Shown: piece by piece, positions 49,701-58,344 of the stretch | Position numbering within the stretch: the stretch's first letter is position 1 | Layout of the letters: every line of letters begins with the position of its first letter | NCBI GenBank assembly: GCA_044222185.1 | Contig: JBGANV010000014.1 | Span: 1-64,000 of the forward strand | Source of the DNA: Planctomycetota bacterium | GTDB lineage: Bacteria; Planctomycetota; GCA-002687715; CAIWVZ01 | Direction of reading: 5' to 3' | Length of the DNA stretch: 64,000 nt | The notes under the pieces: generated by a model | What the model saw: the letters and a program-made list of their open reading frames with translations, nothing else | The model's database searches: none | What the model was told of the DNA's origin: nothing | Made by a program: the position numbers and the translations under genes

Positions 49701-49736
49701 GTCGAACGCCGCGGATGCGGATGGATCCGAGGACAC
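46716..49736 (-). CDS. Hanks-type Ser/Thr kinase with TM helix and C-terminal FGE-sulfatase-like domain
   Basis: GEGGMG, VAVK, HRDIKPSN, DFGLA and GTPHYASPE; EWEKAARG.DGR.YPFG and DMAGSLSEW. Confidence 0.92.
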   Translation of the reverse strand: MSSDPSASAAFDAALEKLFSGEPLDLEGFLAAHPELTEEERHQLRVLAGSPDEAPRVASATSQVNGGDRLGEFHLIEPLGEGGMGVVWLAAQPSLKRRVAVKVLHATLATTREARERLLREAEALGRVQHPNVVTAISAGEANGTVFVAMEYVPGRGLDELLRDGIGSRPNPMDAVRIALDIARGLAAAHAAGVIHRDIKPSNIRITPQGRAVLTDFGLARGDLGETLTLTGVFRGTPHYASPEQVEARGALDARTDIWSLGATLYEMLAGRPPFPGGTSEQVLNAILTTDPVPLRQLVPSLPRDVEVVVAKSLERDPEARFASAAELVADLEALIDLRPIRARPPALRVRMTRAIRRRPRTAAVAAALSLTLATYLVVEAWRVIADGRRFEAEIASAVAALDREDPETAAACAGRALALRGTDPRVLALRERTTRALALRDAAELVADALSRLDRFRKLQRHTIEVEAELSKLKTIATLSHLDPKEEQRLQRLDAEIPRLIQEIDELTFGIPETITEALKRAPDVPGAADVVCGLHAERLHEAERLGDTRAADAIREALRRADRDGRFTAELLGGVLEIRAQPSDAEIHLLRYREASSVSADAPRRLVPVPLEGRWSDLEPGAPCLQVIRTTSADLLPGDVLVAVEGVTLTSTAELPALAGKRARLLRDGILVDRVLDGESELRVTVAPVLTSPQTRVGSGSGFHRELEVGSYLAVVRHDGFELQRLPVRVERGSTVKLDVTLRPPGFSPKGFVHVPAGPARVGGTPTEVRFFDACESRVATLPEFWIQDHEINWAEYAEFLNAIGPQSARAFAPRSALPGDAPDAELTPPGPGKPWQVADTEAVLPARGLTFAALEAYAAWRTDVDSKAGRPWRYRIPREIEWEKAARGADGRLYPFGSFLSQSWVSSRYALARSTYSRSMSFPVDESPFGAFDMAGSLSEWVIPDVVNHDLGTAALKGGAAVNNNPENFYTVTRLRMSPRSAMWRFGGRLVAERTDAAPDSRR

Positions 49737-49942
49737 GCCCGAATCCTACCCCGCACCCTGGCCGCCCGGAGGCAGGGCGTTCCGCGATCGTTCTCGGGGG
49801 CGGCACGACCTCTTGGTGCACGTGCCCTGGCGCCGGTCGTCCGCCATCCCTGCGGGCGCCAGCGCGCACGCCTCGCGCCCAGGGGGGACGTGTGCGGCTT
49901 CATGCGCCGTGCGAGGTCACCCCGCGCCGCGTACGCCGAGTC

Positions 49943-50521
49943 TCATCTCTTGCGGGTGTAGGTCTCAGTCACCGTGATGCCGTCCTGCGAATCGGGGCGC
50001 GTCATCACGACGGTGAAGTGATCGTCGTCGACCATGGTCACGACCGCATCGGTCGTCGTCGTCCTGTCCGGGAACGACTGCTCCGTCCCTCGATAATGAA
50101 CGCTCTTGCCGTCATCCGACGCCGTCCCGGTGAGCGTCGTCATCGCCGGCGACTTGCTGAACGCCCACGTGGCTTCGAATCGCTTCGCGGCTGCGTTGTA
50201 ACTGTGCATCTGGAGACCCGACGCCGGCTGGCCGGAGACGTCGACGTTGAACCGCGCCAGCACGATCTTTCCCTCGAGTTCGGAGGTGAAGACCGCGTCG
50301 CCCTTCGCCTCGAACTGGAGTGCGCCGCGATGCTCGTAGCGGACCGCGTAGGCCCAGTTCCCGACGCGCTTCGCGAGGAACGCGCTGCCGTCCGAATCGC
50401 TCGGCGCGGCGGCCGCCGAGGTCGTCGCGGTTTCGGACGGCGATCGACCGTGGTGGTCCGCGATGTAGCCCGCGATGGCGATGACGGCGCAGCAGGTGAC
50501 GGTGAGAGGAACGCTCGACAT
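49943..50521 (-). CDS. DUF1579-like exported beta-barrel protein
   Basis: FLAKRVGNW, YNAAAKRFEATW and C-terminal ETYTRK pattern; hydrophobic N-terminus. Confidence 0.6.
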   Translation of the reverse strand: MSSVPLTVTCCAVIAIAGYIADHHGRSPSETATTSAAAAPSDSDGSAFLAKRVGNWAYAVRYEHRGALQFEAKGDAVFTSELEGKIVLARFNVDVSGQPASGLQMHSYNAAAKRFEATWAFSKSPAMTTLTGTASDDGKSVHYRGTEQSFPDRTTTTDAVVTMVDDDHFTVVMTRPDSQDGITVTETYTRKR

Positions 50522-50594
50522 GGGGGAGCCCTCCGATGCGGGTAGCGTGGCGGAATCGACTTGCGAGAGGGTATCGCAGCAGGGGATCGCAACC

Positions 50595-52142
50595 ATGCAC
50601 AGCAGAAGGTTCGCCGGCTCCATGGCTTTCTTCGGAATCCTGGCGCTCACGTGCGCGTCGAGTCTGCGCGTTCCCGGCCAGCAGATCGGCGGAGCCGCAT
50701 ACGAGCGCGCCGAACTGTCTCGCCGACTCCTCCGCGCCGAGGAGGCCTGGGCGCGTTTTCCGAAGCGCCACGCGATGGCGATTCCGGCGCTGAACGCGGC
50801 CGTCGGGGCCTACTTCGGGCGCGGCGGTGTGGAGGCGGCGCGCCAGCTCGACGCGGCCTCCGGAGTGCTCTGGGACGATGGCGACGATCCGGGCGCGGTC
50901 TGGTCACGCTCGCGGTCCGTACTTCCAGTTCCATCGCTCGTGGACCGAGCGCGTTTCACCCGTTCGGAAGCGCGGATCCGGATCGCGCCGCTGTATGACC
51001 CGCGCCTCGGGGATGCGCACGGCAAGCTCCTGATGACCGTGAGCGCGGGGAGTCGTTCCACGTGCCTGGCGGAACCCCTCGCCTACGACACCCGCGAGAT
51101 CGACGTCCTGTTGGTCAGCGGCGATGCCAAACCCGTGAATCGATCCGCGAAGCGTCAGGAGTTCGTGCTGCCGATCGATCTGCCCGCGGGCGACGTCGAT
51201 CTCACGGTGACGCTCGCCGTGCCTCCGCCATCGTCGCCGACCCCCGCGGATCCTGACGGCATGCACGGTCGTTTCGCGACGCTGAACGTGGGCGTCGTCG
51301 ACCGTCTCGAGGAACGGCTGACCTCTCTCGAGTCCGCAGCCGACGACGCGACCGATCCGGACGTGGGAGCGACGCTCGCGTTGCGCGTGCAGATCCTCCG
51401 CGACCTCGCATCGGGCAAGCCCGGCGAGACGCTCCTGCAATCGGCCTCGCTGCTCGAACGGACGGAGGTGCTGGCGAAGCGCGCGTCCGCCAGCGATGCC
51501 ATGCGCGGTCTCGTCGGCGATCAGCTCGTCGCGGGCCCGCGCGGTCGGCGGACCCGTGACGTGACCCGTGTCCTCGTGCCCGACGGACGACCCGCCGACA
51601 CACCGCTGCCGCTCGTCATCGCCGTTCACGGAACAGGCGGGAGCGAGAACATGTTCTTCGAGGCCTACGACCGCGGTCACGTCGCGCGGTCGTCCCGCGA
51701 GCGCGGGTGGATGCTCGCCGCGCCGCGGGGGCCGGTCTCGATGTCGACGCGGCACATCGACGAGGCCCTCCGGCTCGCGGCCCGATTGCATGCCGTGGAT
51801 CGAAGGCGCGTCTTCCTGATCGGTCATTCACTCGGCGCCGGGCAGGTGGCTGCGGCGGCGGCACTCGCGCCGCAGCGGTTCGCCGCAGTTGCCCTGGTCA
51901 GCGGTGGACTCCTGACCGGTGTTTCTCCGGGGCCGAAGGACCTGCCCACGTTCGTGGGAATCGGCGCGGATGACCCGCTGTTTGGTGCTCGCCGTACCGC
52001 CGCGTCACGTCCCGAGTCATACCCCGGCTCGCAGCCGGCTCTTCGCGTCGACCGCGTCTATCCGAACGTCGAGCACGTGATGATCATGCACGAGTGTCTC
52101 GACGACGTGATGGAGTTCTTCGATCGCGTCGCGAAGCTGTAG
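50595..52142 (+). CDS. Exported alpha/beta hydrolase (esterase/PHB-depolymerase-like C-terminal domain)
   Basis: PLVIAVHGTGG, GHSLG nucleophile elbow, G.DD and EH. Confidence 0.85.
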   Translation: MHSRRFAGSMAFFGILALTCASSLRVPGQQIGGAAYERAELSRRLLRAEEAWARFPKRHAMAIPALNAAVGAYFGRGGVEAARQLDAASGVLWDDGDDPGAVWSRSRSVLPVPSLVDRARFTRSEARIRIAPLYDPRLGDAHGKLLMTVSAGSRSTCLAEPLAYDTREIDVLLVSGDAKPVNRSAKRQEFVLPIDLPAGDVDLTVTLAVPPPSSPTPADPDGMHGRFATLNVGVVDRLEERLTSLESAADDATDPDVGATLALRVQILRDLASGKPGETLLQSASLLERTEVLAKRASASDAMRGLVGDQLVAGPRGRRTRDVTRVLVPDGRPADTPLPLVIAVHGTGGSENMFFEAYDRGHVARSSRERGWMLAAPRGPVSMSTRHIDEALRLAARLHAVDRRRVFLIGHSLGAGQVAAAAALAPQRFAAVALVSGGLLTGVSPGPKDLPTFVGIGADDPLFGARRTAASRPESYPGSQPALRVDRVYPNVEHVMIMHECLDDVMEFFDRVAKL

Positions 52143-52150
52143 CCTGCGCG

Positions 52151-54523
52151 CTACTTCTTCGTGTCGCTGGGGAGCAGGCGGACCGGGCTGAGATCGAGAT
52201 AGGCCTTCCCCGAGACGTTCGTGCAGTGGACCGCCACCACGTTCTTCCCGGGCCGGAGCGCGGCCTTCGCGTCGTCGCTGATGGGAAGGTCGAAGTACCC
52301 GTTCATGGAATACCCGGGCGAGCGGGCGGCGAGCACGCCGTTGATGTACACCTCCGCGTCGTCGTCGTGAGCGAGGACGAGGCGGATCTCTCCCGGATCG
52401 CCCTTGGGCAACGTGAAGTCGCGCCGGATCCAGATCTCGGGCGTCTTCCACTCGGTGCGAACGGGGCAGTAGGGGGACGATTGGTTGCCGAACCCCGCGG
52501 CACCGGTCTTCCAGGCGCCGTCCTCGAAGCCGGTGGCGAACCAGTCGGCCGGCGGTTCGTCGAGCGCGTATTTCCACACGACCGGCGACTGGCGCGCCGG
52601 AGGAAGCAGGATTTCGCGCGGTGCGGTGGCCGTCGCCGACGCTGCATCCGGCGGTGGCGAGTCCTCGAGGAACGCCTCGATGGACTTGAACCCCGCCAGA
52701 TTCCCTTCGCCGGTCCCCGGGTAGACGCTGACGATCTTCACCTGGATCGACGTCACGCTGCGCACCGGGAACGCGATGCGTTGTTTGCGCCGCGTCGTGT
52801 CGTCGAGGACGAGCGGCAGCGGCGCATCGTCGTTGATGCGAACCTCGATGTTCTTGGGCCGTGCCCAGTGCTTGTCGTTGTCGCCATAGAGGTGCGCCGA
52901 AGTCAGCTTGATGCAGTTCATCCGCACGCCTGGGCGCATGGCGAGTTGGATCCACGGCGCCGGATCCTCCCGCTTGGGCAGCCAGCTCGTCCCGAAGTGG
53001 CCGTCGGTGACGCGCTCGGCCGCGCGCTCTGGGTCGTAGGTGCTCGACGCGGTGACGGATGCGCGGGCGGCGGTGAGGAGGTTCTTGCCTGCATCGCGGA
53101 TCGCTTCGCGATGCCAAGGTTCCTCGGCGTCGTTGACGACGAGCGTGACGACGTTCGAATCGACGGTGTCGGTGACGACGCCGTCCGGGGGACCGATCTG
53201 CAATCGGGCGCGGAGCTTCAGCGTGCCGTTGCGCGTGATCACGTGGCGGAGGCTCGACGCCGGGCTGACGAGCTCCGAGTCCGCCGGCAGCGGGATGTCC
53301 GCGACGACGTCGTCGTCGAGCAGCCACGCGATGGACTTGGCCTTCTTTCCCGCCGCGAGCGCCGATTTCACGGGATCTCCGAGAACGCGGATCCACGCCG
53401 TCAGCGGATTCGCACGATCGGTGCCGATCGTGAAGGCCGCGTTCGCCGCGGCGTCCTCCGTGGCGGCGGGGCGCGACGCCGGCGCGGCCTTGCCTCCGCT
53501 CACGCGCGACGCCCGGCGGAGGAACAGCAGCGCGAAGCACGTGTCGTCGTCGCCCCAGCCCCACGAGCCGTCGGCCTTCTGCGCGGCGACGATCGCCGTC
53601 GCACCCTCCGGATACCACCAGTGCGCCCCGATCTGCTCGCGCTCGGTGAACGCGCAGAACCGCTCGAGCGCATAGAGGTAGTAGTAGAGCCAGCGGTTGT
53701 TGACGTCGCCCTGGACGTGCAGATCGACCATCTTGTCCACGGCCCAGTGCTGATCGAGCCAAGTCACGCCGCGGTTCACGGACGCTTCGATCTTGTGCTT
53801 CAGATCCAGCGGAAGTCGCTCGCCGAGGGATTCGGCGCAGACCGTAAGCACGGTCATGCCCGCGACCGTCATGCTCGCGGAGGGCCTGTCTCCCTTGCGA
53901 TACCCCCAGCCGCCGTAGCTCTGCTGCTGGTCGATCATGTCCTCCGCGACAGAGGTCCAGAACACGGCGGAGCCGGTCTTGTATCCCGAGAGCCTTGCGG
54001 CGCGCAGGCCGAGGACCGCGTACTGCGTGTTCGAGAGGTCGGTCCAGGCGGCGTCGGTGCCGTCGTGGCTGCGTGGATACCCCCATCGCGGACCCACCTT
54101 CTCGATCCCGTTGCCGACCTGTTTGACGATGCGATCGGCGAGGAGCTTCACGTCCTTCTGAGGACGCGCGTCGCCGACGGCCATCCACGCCATGAGGTTG
54201 CAGCCGAGATCGTAGGTGCGCGTCGCGGGCCACGACTTCATGGATGCCAGCGCGGCGCGCGCGGCCGGGTGCGTCGGCGGCACGTCACACTTGAGCAGGG
54301 TGTACAGCGCGAGCGCCGTCATGCCGTGGTACTGCTCGGGCTGGGGGCCGCGCCACGACCCGTCGACCTCCTGGGCTTTCATCAACCAGGCCACACCTTT
54401 TTCGATGGCCTTGTCGACGGCGGCCCCGCTGGGGCCGGCGGGTCGCACCTGGCCGCGAGCGCAGAAGGTCGCGAGGCAGGCCGCGATGGACAGCGCGAAG
54501 AGACGAGCGAGATGAGGGGGCAT
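52151..54523 (-). CDS. Exported alpha/alpha-toroid (prenyltransferase/squalene-oxidase repeat) protein with discoidin and galactose-binding-like domains
   Basis: Q..DGSW repeats, DLSNTQYA and YYYLYALER; TASS..A..DG...T.W; W.TG.AGFG, IWIRRDF and HDDDAEVYING. Confidence 0.8.
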   Translation of the reverse strand: MPPHLARLFALSIAACLATFCARGQVRPAGPSGAAVDKAIEKGVAWLMKAQEVDGSWRGPQPEQYHGMTALALYTLLKCDVPPTHPAARAALASMKSWPATRTYDLGCNLMAWMAVGDARPQKDVKLLADRIVKQVGNGIEKVGPRWGYPRSHDGTDAAWTDLSNTQYAVLGLRAARLSGYKTGSAVFWTSVAEDMIDQQQSYGGWGYRKGDRPSASMTVAGMTVLTVCAESLGERLPLDLKHKIEASVNRGVTWLDQHWAVDKMVDLHVQGDVNNRWLYYYLYALERFCAFTEREQIGAHWWYPEGATAIVAAQKADGSWGWGDDDTCFALLFLRRASRVSGGKAAPASRPAATEDAAANAAFTIGTDRANPLTAWIRVLGDPVKSALAAGKKAKSIAWLLDDDVVADIPLPADSELVSPASSLRHVITRNGTLKLRARLQIGPPDGVVTDTVDSNVVTLVVNDAEEPWHREAIRDAGKNLLTAARASVTASSTYDPERAAERVTDGHFGTSWLPKREDPAPWIQLAMRPGVRMNCIKLTSAHLYGDNDKHWARPKNIEVRINDDAPLPLVLDDTTRRKQRIAFPVRSVTSIQVKIVSVYPGTGEGNLAGFKSIEAFLEDSPPPDAASATATAPREILLPPARQSPVVWKYALDEPPADWFATGFEDGAWKTGAAGFGNQSSPYCPVRTEWKTPEIWIRRDFTLPKGDPGEIRLVLAHDDDAEVYINGVLAARSPGYSMNGYFDLPISDDAKAALRPGKNVVAVHCTNVSGKAYLDLSPVRLLPSDTKK

Positions 54524-54639
54524 GCGCCACAGAATAGGGGGAGGAGTCACGGCTGGAGGGCAGACATGCTAACCCGGCCGCGTATGATGCGCGCCGTCTC
54601 GGACGCCGCGGGGGCCTATCTCTCGCCGCACGCGCAACG

Positions 54640-55140
54640 ATGAGCGACCACTCCAATCGACTGTTGTTTCCCTACCGTCCCAGATCCCGGGAGATGTGGA
54701 TCTATGCCGGGTTGAGTGCGGCCATGAGCGCATCGGCCTGGACCGTGGGCGGTCTGCATCCCAGCGGTGCATTCGCAGGACTTTTCGGTGGCGATCGGGA
54801 CGCCGTATCCGTGATCGCGGCGATCCTCCTGGCCGGGATCGCGCTCCTGTTCGTCGCGCTCGGACTCGGCCGCTTCTGGATCCGCGCCGTGCTGGCCGTG
54901 ACTGCCGACACGTTGTTCGTTCCCGCCGGCTTTGCATGGCGCGATCACACAGCGCTTCGCCTCAACGCCATCGACACCGTCAAGGTCGTTCACTTCCTCG
55001 GAACCAGGCACGCCTACATCGGCTCGGGTTGCGTGAAGGCTCGCTTCGACGGCGACTGCCTGCCCGACAACGCAAGCTTCGATCGCGTGGTCGACCTCAT
55101 TCTCGCTCGCGCCCCGCAGGCCGTGTCGACGTTTCCGTGA
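54640..55140 (+). CDS. Hypothetical two-TM membrane protein
   Basis: Two hydrophobic helices followed by a small beta-rich domain. Confidence 0.55.
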   Translation: MSDHSNRLLFPYRPRSREMWIYAGLSAAMSASAWTVGGLHPSGAFAGLFGGDRDAVSVIAAILLAGIALLFVALGLGRFWIRAVLAVTADTLFVPAGFAWRDHTALRLNAIDTVKVVHFLGTRHAYIGSGCVKARFDGDCLPDNASFDRVVDLILARAPQAVSTFP

Positions 55141-58138
55141 GGCTGCGGACACGGAACGGCCTCTTCTCCTCGGGGCCGATCGTGATGCGCACCTCCTGGC
55201 CGGCATGGCTTTCCGAGATCGTGGCCAGCGTGTCACCGCGCCTCGGCCCGACGGTCGCGATGAACCGGTAACGGCCGGGCACGAGCCGCATGGTGAGTTC
55301 CGACTGGTTTGAGTCGCGAGGTGTCCCCGCACCAGTCCAAGCGGTCACGAGTCGGCCCCCGTCTTCGTCTTCGACGGAGAAGCCCGCTTGGGCGCCCTGA
55401 TCGGCGGCAGAGTGCTCGCTTCGCAAGGTGACTCGGACGCCCGCTCTGACGACGAGTGTGGCGCGCGTGGTTTCGCCCGGCAGGACATCGACGGGAAATC
55501 GTTGCGGCGCGACGTCCGCTCCCGAAACCGCGACGATGTATCGCCCGGGCGCAAGCCGATCGGCGCAGAGTCCGTCTGGTTCGCGGCGGAACGTCAGGTC
55601 CGACCAGCCCTGCTTGCCGGGGCGACGGACGACGGCCGTCAGGTTCTTGAGCGAGGCACCATCCTCCGAGCAGAACCGCGCCTCGATCGCGCCCCCGGGT
55701 GACAGCCTCACCGCGGCCAGGTCCCAGGTCTCACCCGCGAGCAACATTCGTTCTCCGATGGGTTCGACCTGACCCTCGGGAGCGGAGATCTGGACCGTGT
55801 ATTTCGAGGGCATCAGCGGGCCGAGGCGGAACGCTCCGGTCTGATCCACCGCGACCTCGCTGCCGAAATTCGCCTCATCCAGGGTGGCCCGGGCCTGGAC
55901 CGTCGCGGCGCCGGCCGCGGTGCCGTCGATGCCGATCACCCGACCCACGATGAACGCGGAGGGAAGCCGGCTGGGAGGGATCCTCGCGACGACCTCATCG
56001 CCGCCGGGAGTGACGTCCGCTACCCGACCGATCTCGACGTTTTGCGCGGACGGTCCACGGACCACCACCGTCACGGCGGCCGTCGACGGAAGGAGCAACG
56101 CGGTCTGTCCATTGCGGTCGGTGAAGCCACCGACGGGCGCACTGCGACGGCCCGTGACGCTGACCTCGCTCCGGGGGCGCAGCACCTCGGTCCAGCAGTT
56201 GGCGACCGGCGCGTTGCTCTCGTCGACGACACGCAGGCGCAGGACCCTGTCCGGTTCGAAGACGGGGTTCCATCGGATCACGGCCCCGGTGGGCTCGGGC
56301 AATTCGGCCGTGAGAGTCCCGAAGCCCGGGCTCCAGAACGCTGCCCAACGGACGTTTCGCGACAGCCCGGAAATTGCGAACGCTCCGTCCGCGGCTACGA
56401 CCATCGTTGCGGCCGACGTGAACTCCGTTTCACCGACTCGGAGCAGTCCCGACACGGGTTCGCCGGTACTGCGACGCGCGGTGCCTTCGAGGCGGATTCC
56501 CCGCGGCAGCCGGGCGTGTACGGTCTGGCGCTCGCCCTCTTCGATCTGCACTCCACATTCGAACGCGTCGAGCCCGAGCGAAGAGACGTGCACGTCCCAT
56601 CGATCCGCCGGAAGGGACTCGATGAGGGCGATGCCATCACCGTCTGCTTCGGCGTGGCGCGCGTAACGGGTCCGGGTCCGTGCTCCGCTGGCCTCGGGAA
56701 GGTCACCGGAACCCGACACGACACGAATCCGCGCGTAGGGGATTGGTCGACCGTCCGGATCGGTGACCACCACACTGAGGCTGCCGGCTCCGGCCGCAAG
56801 CACGAGGCGGACGGCGCGGCGCGCGTTGCCGAACGCCCAGTGCGCGTTGACGGCCTTGACGAGGTGCCAGCCGCTCAACTCGGCGCCCACGAGCACGTCG
56901 TCGCCGTCGACCTCGATGGCGAAGCGTCCGGCAGCATCCGATTGAACGCCGGACAGCGAACGGCCGTCGTTTGCCTGGGCGTTACTCGTCAGCCACACCG
57001 CGGCGCCCGAGACTGGCGTTCCGTCGTTGGCGACCACGAGCCCGTCGATGACGAAGCGCGGCGTAATCGAAATCCCGATGTCGACCGTGCGGTCGGCGAC
57101 GACGGTCGCCGTGGAGGTGTCTTTGCTCCGATCCGTCGTCAGTCGATAGCCGTCAGGTGCGAGGTTGTCGAACGTCGCCGAGCCGTCGACGCCGCTCACG
57201 CTTCGGCGGAGCAAACTGCCGTCGATGCCCGCGCCGACGCTCACGACGACGCCGGCGAGCGGCGCGCGAGTGTCCTTCCGATGCACGTGAACCGTGAGCC
57301 GGCCAGTGGTCCGTGGGTCGTGGAATGGCACGACCACGATCCCGGCTTCATCCCTCGGGCGGGACTCCGCGCCCAGGATGCCGCCGCGAGCCTGTGGGAA
57401 GCGGGGCGCCGTGGACACGGTCTCGCGCACATCGACCGGCGCTGAAGGGCCGCGCGGAACATCCGCATTCTCGTGTCGTGCCAGGTATGCCACGCCGGCA
57501 AGCAGGCACAGGGCCGCCACTCCAATCGCAACCTGCGATTTCGTCATGATCGCGACTCCGCTTGCGACGGCGACCGTCGTTCCCGCACCGGCTTTCGCGG
57601 CGAACCCCGATCCGCAGAGTGGAAGCAGCGCGAACTTCCAATCTCCCGCGTGGCCTTCGCCCAGCCGTTCGCGCAACTGCTCGATTGCGCGCCGAAGCCG
57701 CGTGCGCACGGTCTCGACGGGCACACCGAGCCGCGCGGCGATGTGGCGGGGCGGGAGTCCCTCGAAGTAACGCAAGAGAACGACGGCGCGGGAATCCGAA
57801 CCCAGTGCGAGCACGGTGTCGACCAGGGCTCGTCGCGCGTGCTCGCGTTCGAGGATCTCGCCGGTGCCGTCGCAGCGACTCGGCGACGGGGCGCGCCGCT
57901 CATGCCGCTCCCTCCGCGCGCGGGAAGTCGCCGTGTTCGACGCGAGCCGGCGCACGATCGTCGCGAGCCACGCCTTGACGGACACCACGTGATGGACCGG
58001 GCGACGTGCGACGGCCAGCCAGACGTTCTGCGCGAGGTCATCCGCGTCGCCCTCGTCGTCGACGAGTCGACGCGCCAAGGCCCGGACGAAGCCGTCGTGT
58101 TCGGTCAACTCCCGGTGATCCAGGCGCATCGGATTCAT
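55097..58138 (-). CDS. ECF sigma factor fused via a TM helix to carboxypeptidase-regulatory-like repeats
   Basis: Region 2 DADDLAQ..W..AWL; region 4 LRYFEGL...IA..LGVPVETVRTRLRRA; TM helix; repeats. Alternative start at 58162. Confidence 0.88.
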   Translation of the reverse strand: MNPMRLDHRELTEHDGFVRALARRLVDDEGDADDLAQNVWLAVARRPVHHVVSVKAWLATIVRRLASNTATSRARRERHERRAPSPSRCDGTGEILEREHARRALVDTVLALGSDSRAVVLLRYFEGLPPRHIAARLGVPVETVRTRLRRAIEQLRERLGEGHAGDWKFALLPLCGSGFAAKAGAGTTVAVASGVAIMTKSQVAIGVAALCLLAGVAYLARHENADVPRGPSAPVDVRETVSTAPRFPQARGGILGAESRPRDEAGIVVVPFHDPRTTGRLTVHVHRKDTRAPLAGVVVSVGAGIDGSLLRRSVSGVDGSATFDNLAPDGYRLTTDRSKDTSTATVVADRTVDIGISITPRFVIDGLVVANDGTPVSGAAVWLTSNAQANDGRSLSGVQSDAAGRFAIEVDGDDVLVGAELSGWHLVKAVNAHWAFGNARRAVRLVLAAGAGSLSVVVTDPDGRPIPYARIRVVSGSGDLPEASGARTRTRYARHAEADGDGIALIESLPADRWDVHVSSLGLDAFECGVQIEEGERQTVHARLPRGIRLEGTARRSTGEPVSGLLRVGETEFTSAATMVVAADGAFAISGLSRNVRWAAFWSPGFGTLTAELPEPTGAVIRWNPVFEPDRVLRLRVVDESNAPVANCWTEVLRPRSEVSVTGRRSAPVGGFTDRNGQTALLLPSTAAVTVVVRGPSAQNVEIGRVADVTPGGDEVVARIPPSRLPSAFIVGRVIGIDGTAAGAATVQARATLDEANFGSEVAVDQTGAFRLGPLMPSKYTVQISAPEGQVEPIGERMLLAGETWDLAAVRLSPGGAIEARFCSEDGASLKNLTAVVRRPGKQGWSDLTFRREPDGLCADRLAPGRYIVAVSGADVAPQRFPVDVLPGETTRATLVVRAGVRVTLRSEHSAADQGAQAGFSVEDEDGGRLVTAWTGAGTPRDSNQSELTMRLVPGRYRFIATVGPRRGDTLATISESHAGQEVRITIGPEEKRPFRVRSLTETSTRPAGRERE

Positions 58139-58205
58139 TGGTTTGCTCCGCCCATGAGACATCGCTCCGAGCGGAATCGGTTCCCATCTTCGCCGAACCG
58201 GGACG

Positions 58206-58231
58206 AACCGAGCGAAAGTTGTCCAAGTTCC
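58206..58231 (-). promoter_or_regulatory. Candidate ECF promoter GGAAC-N18-GTT facing the ECF gene
   Basis: Minus strand reads GGAAC TTGGACAACTTTCGCTCG GTT. Confidence 0.35.
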
Positions 58232-58344
58232 GGGCCGGACGGTCATCAGTCATCGGCGACGTGCGCGTCGAGTCCCCCGTGCAGTCTGCGATGCGCGCCA
58301 GTCCGAGTCCGCCGAATTGTCGGCTGGCTCGCCGAGGTCCGATC

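Noticed and set aside
52151-54523. Squalene-hopene cyclase
   Set aside because: No DxDD motif in the expected context, only a single toroid domain, a signal peptide and carbohydrate-binding-like modules.
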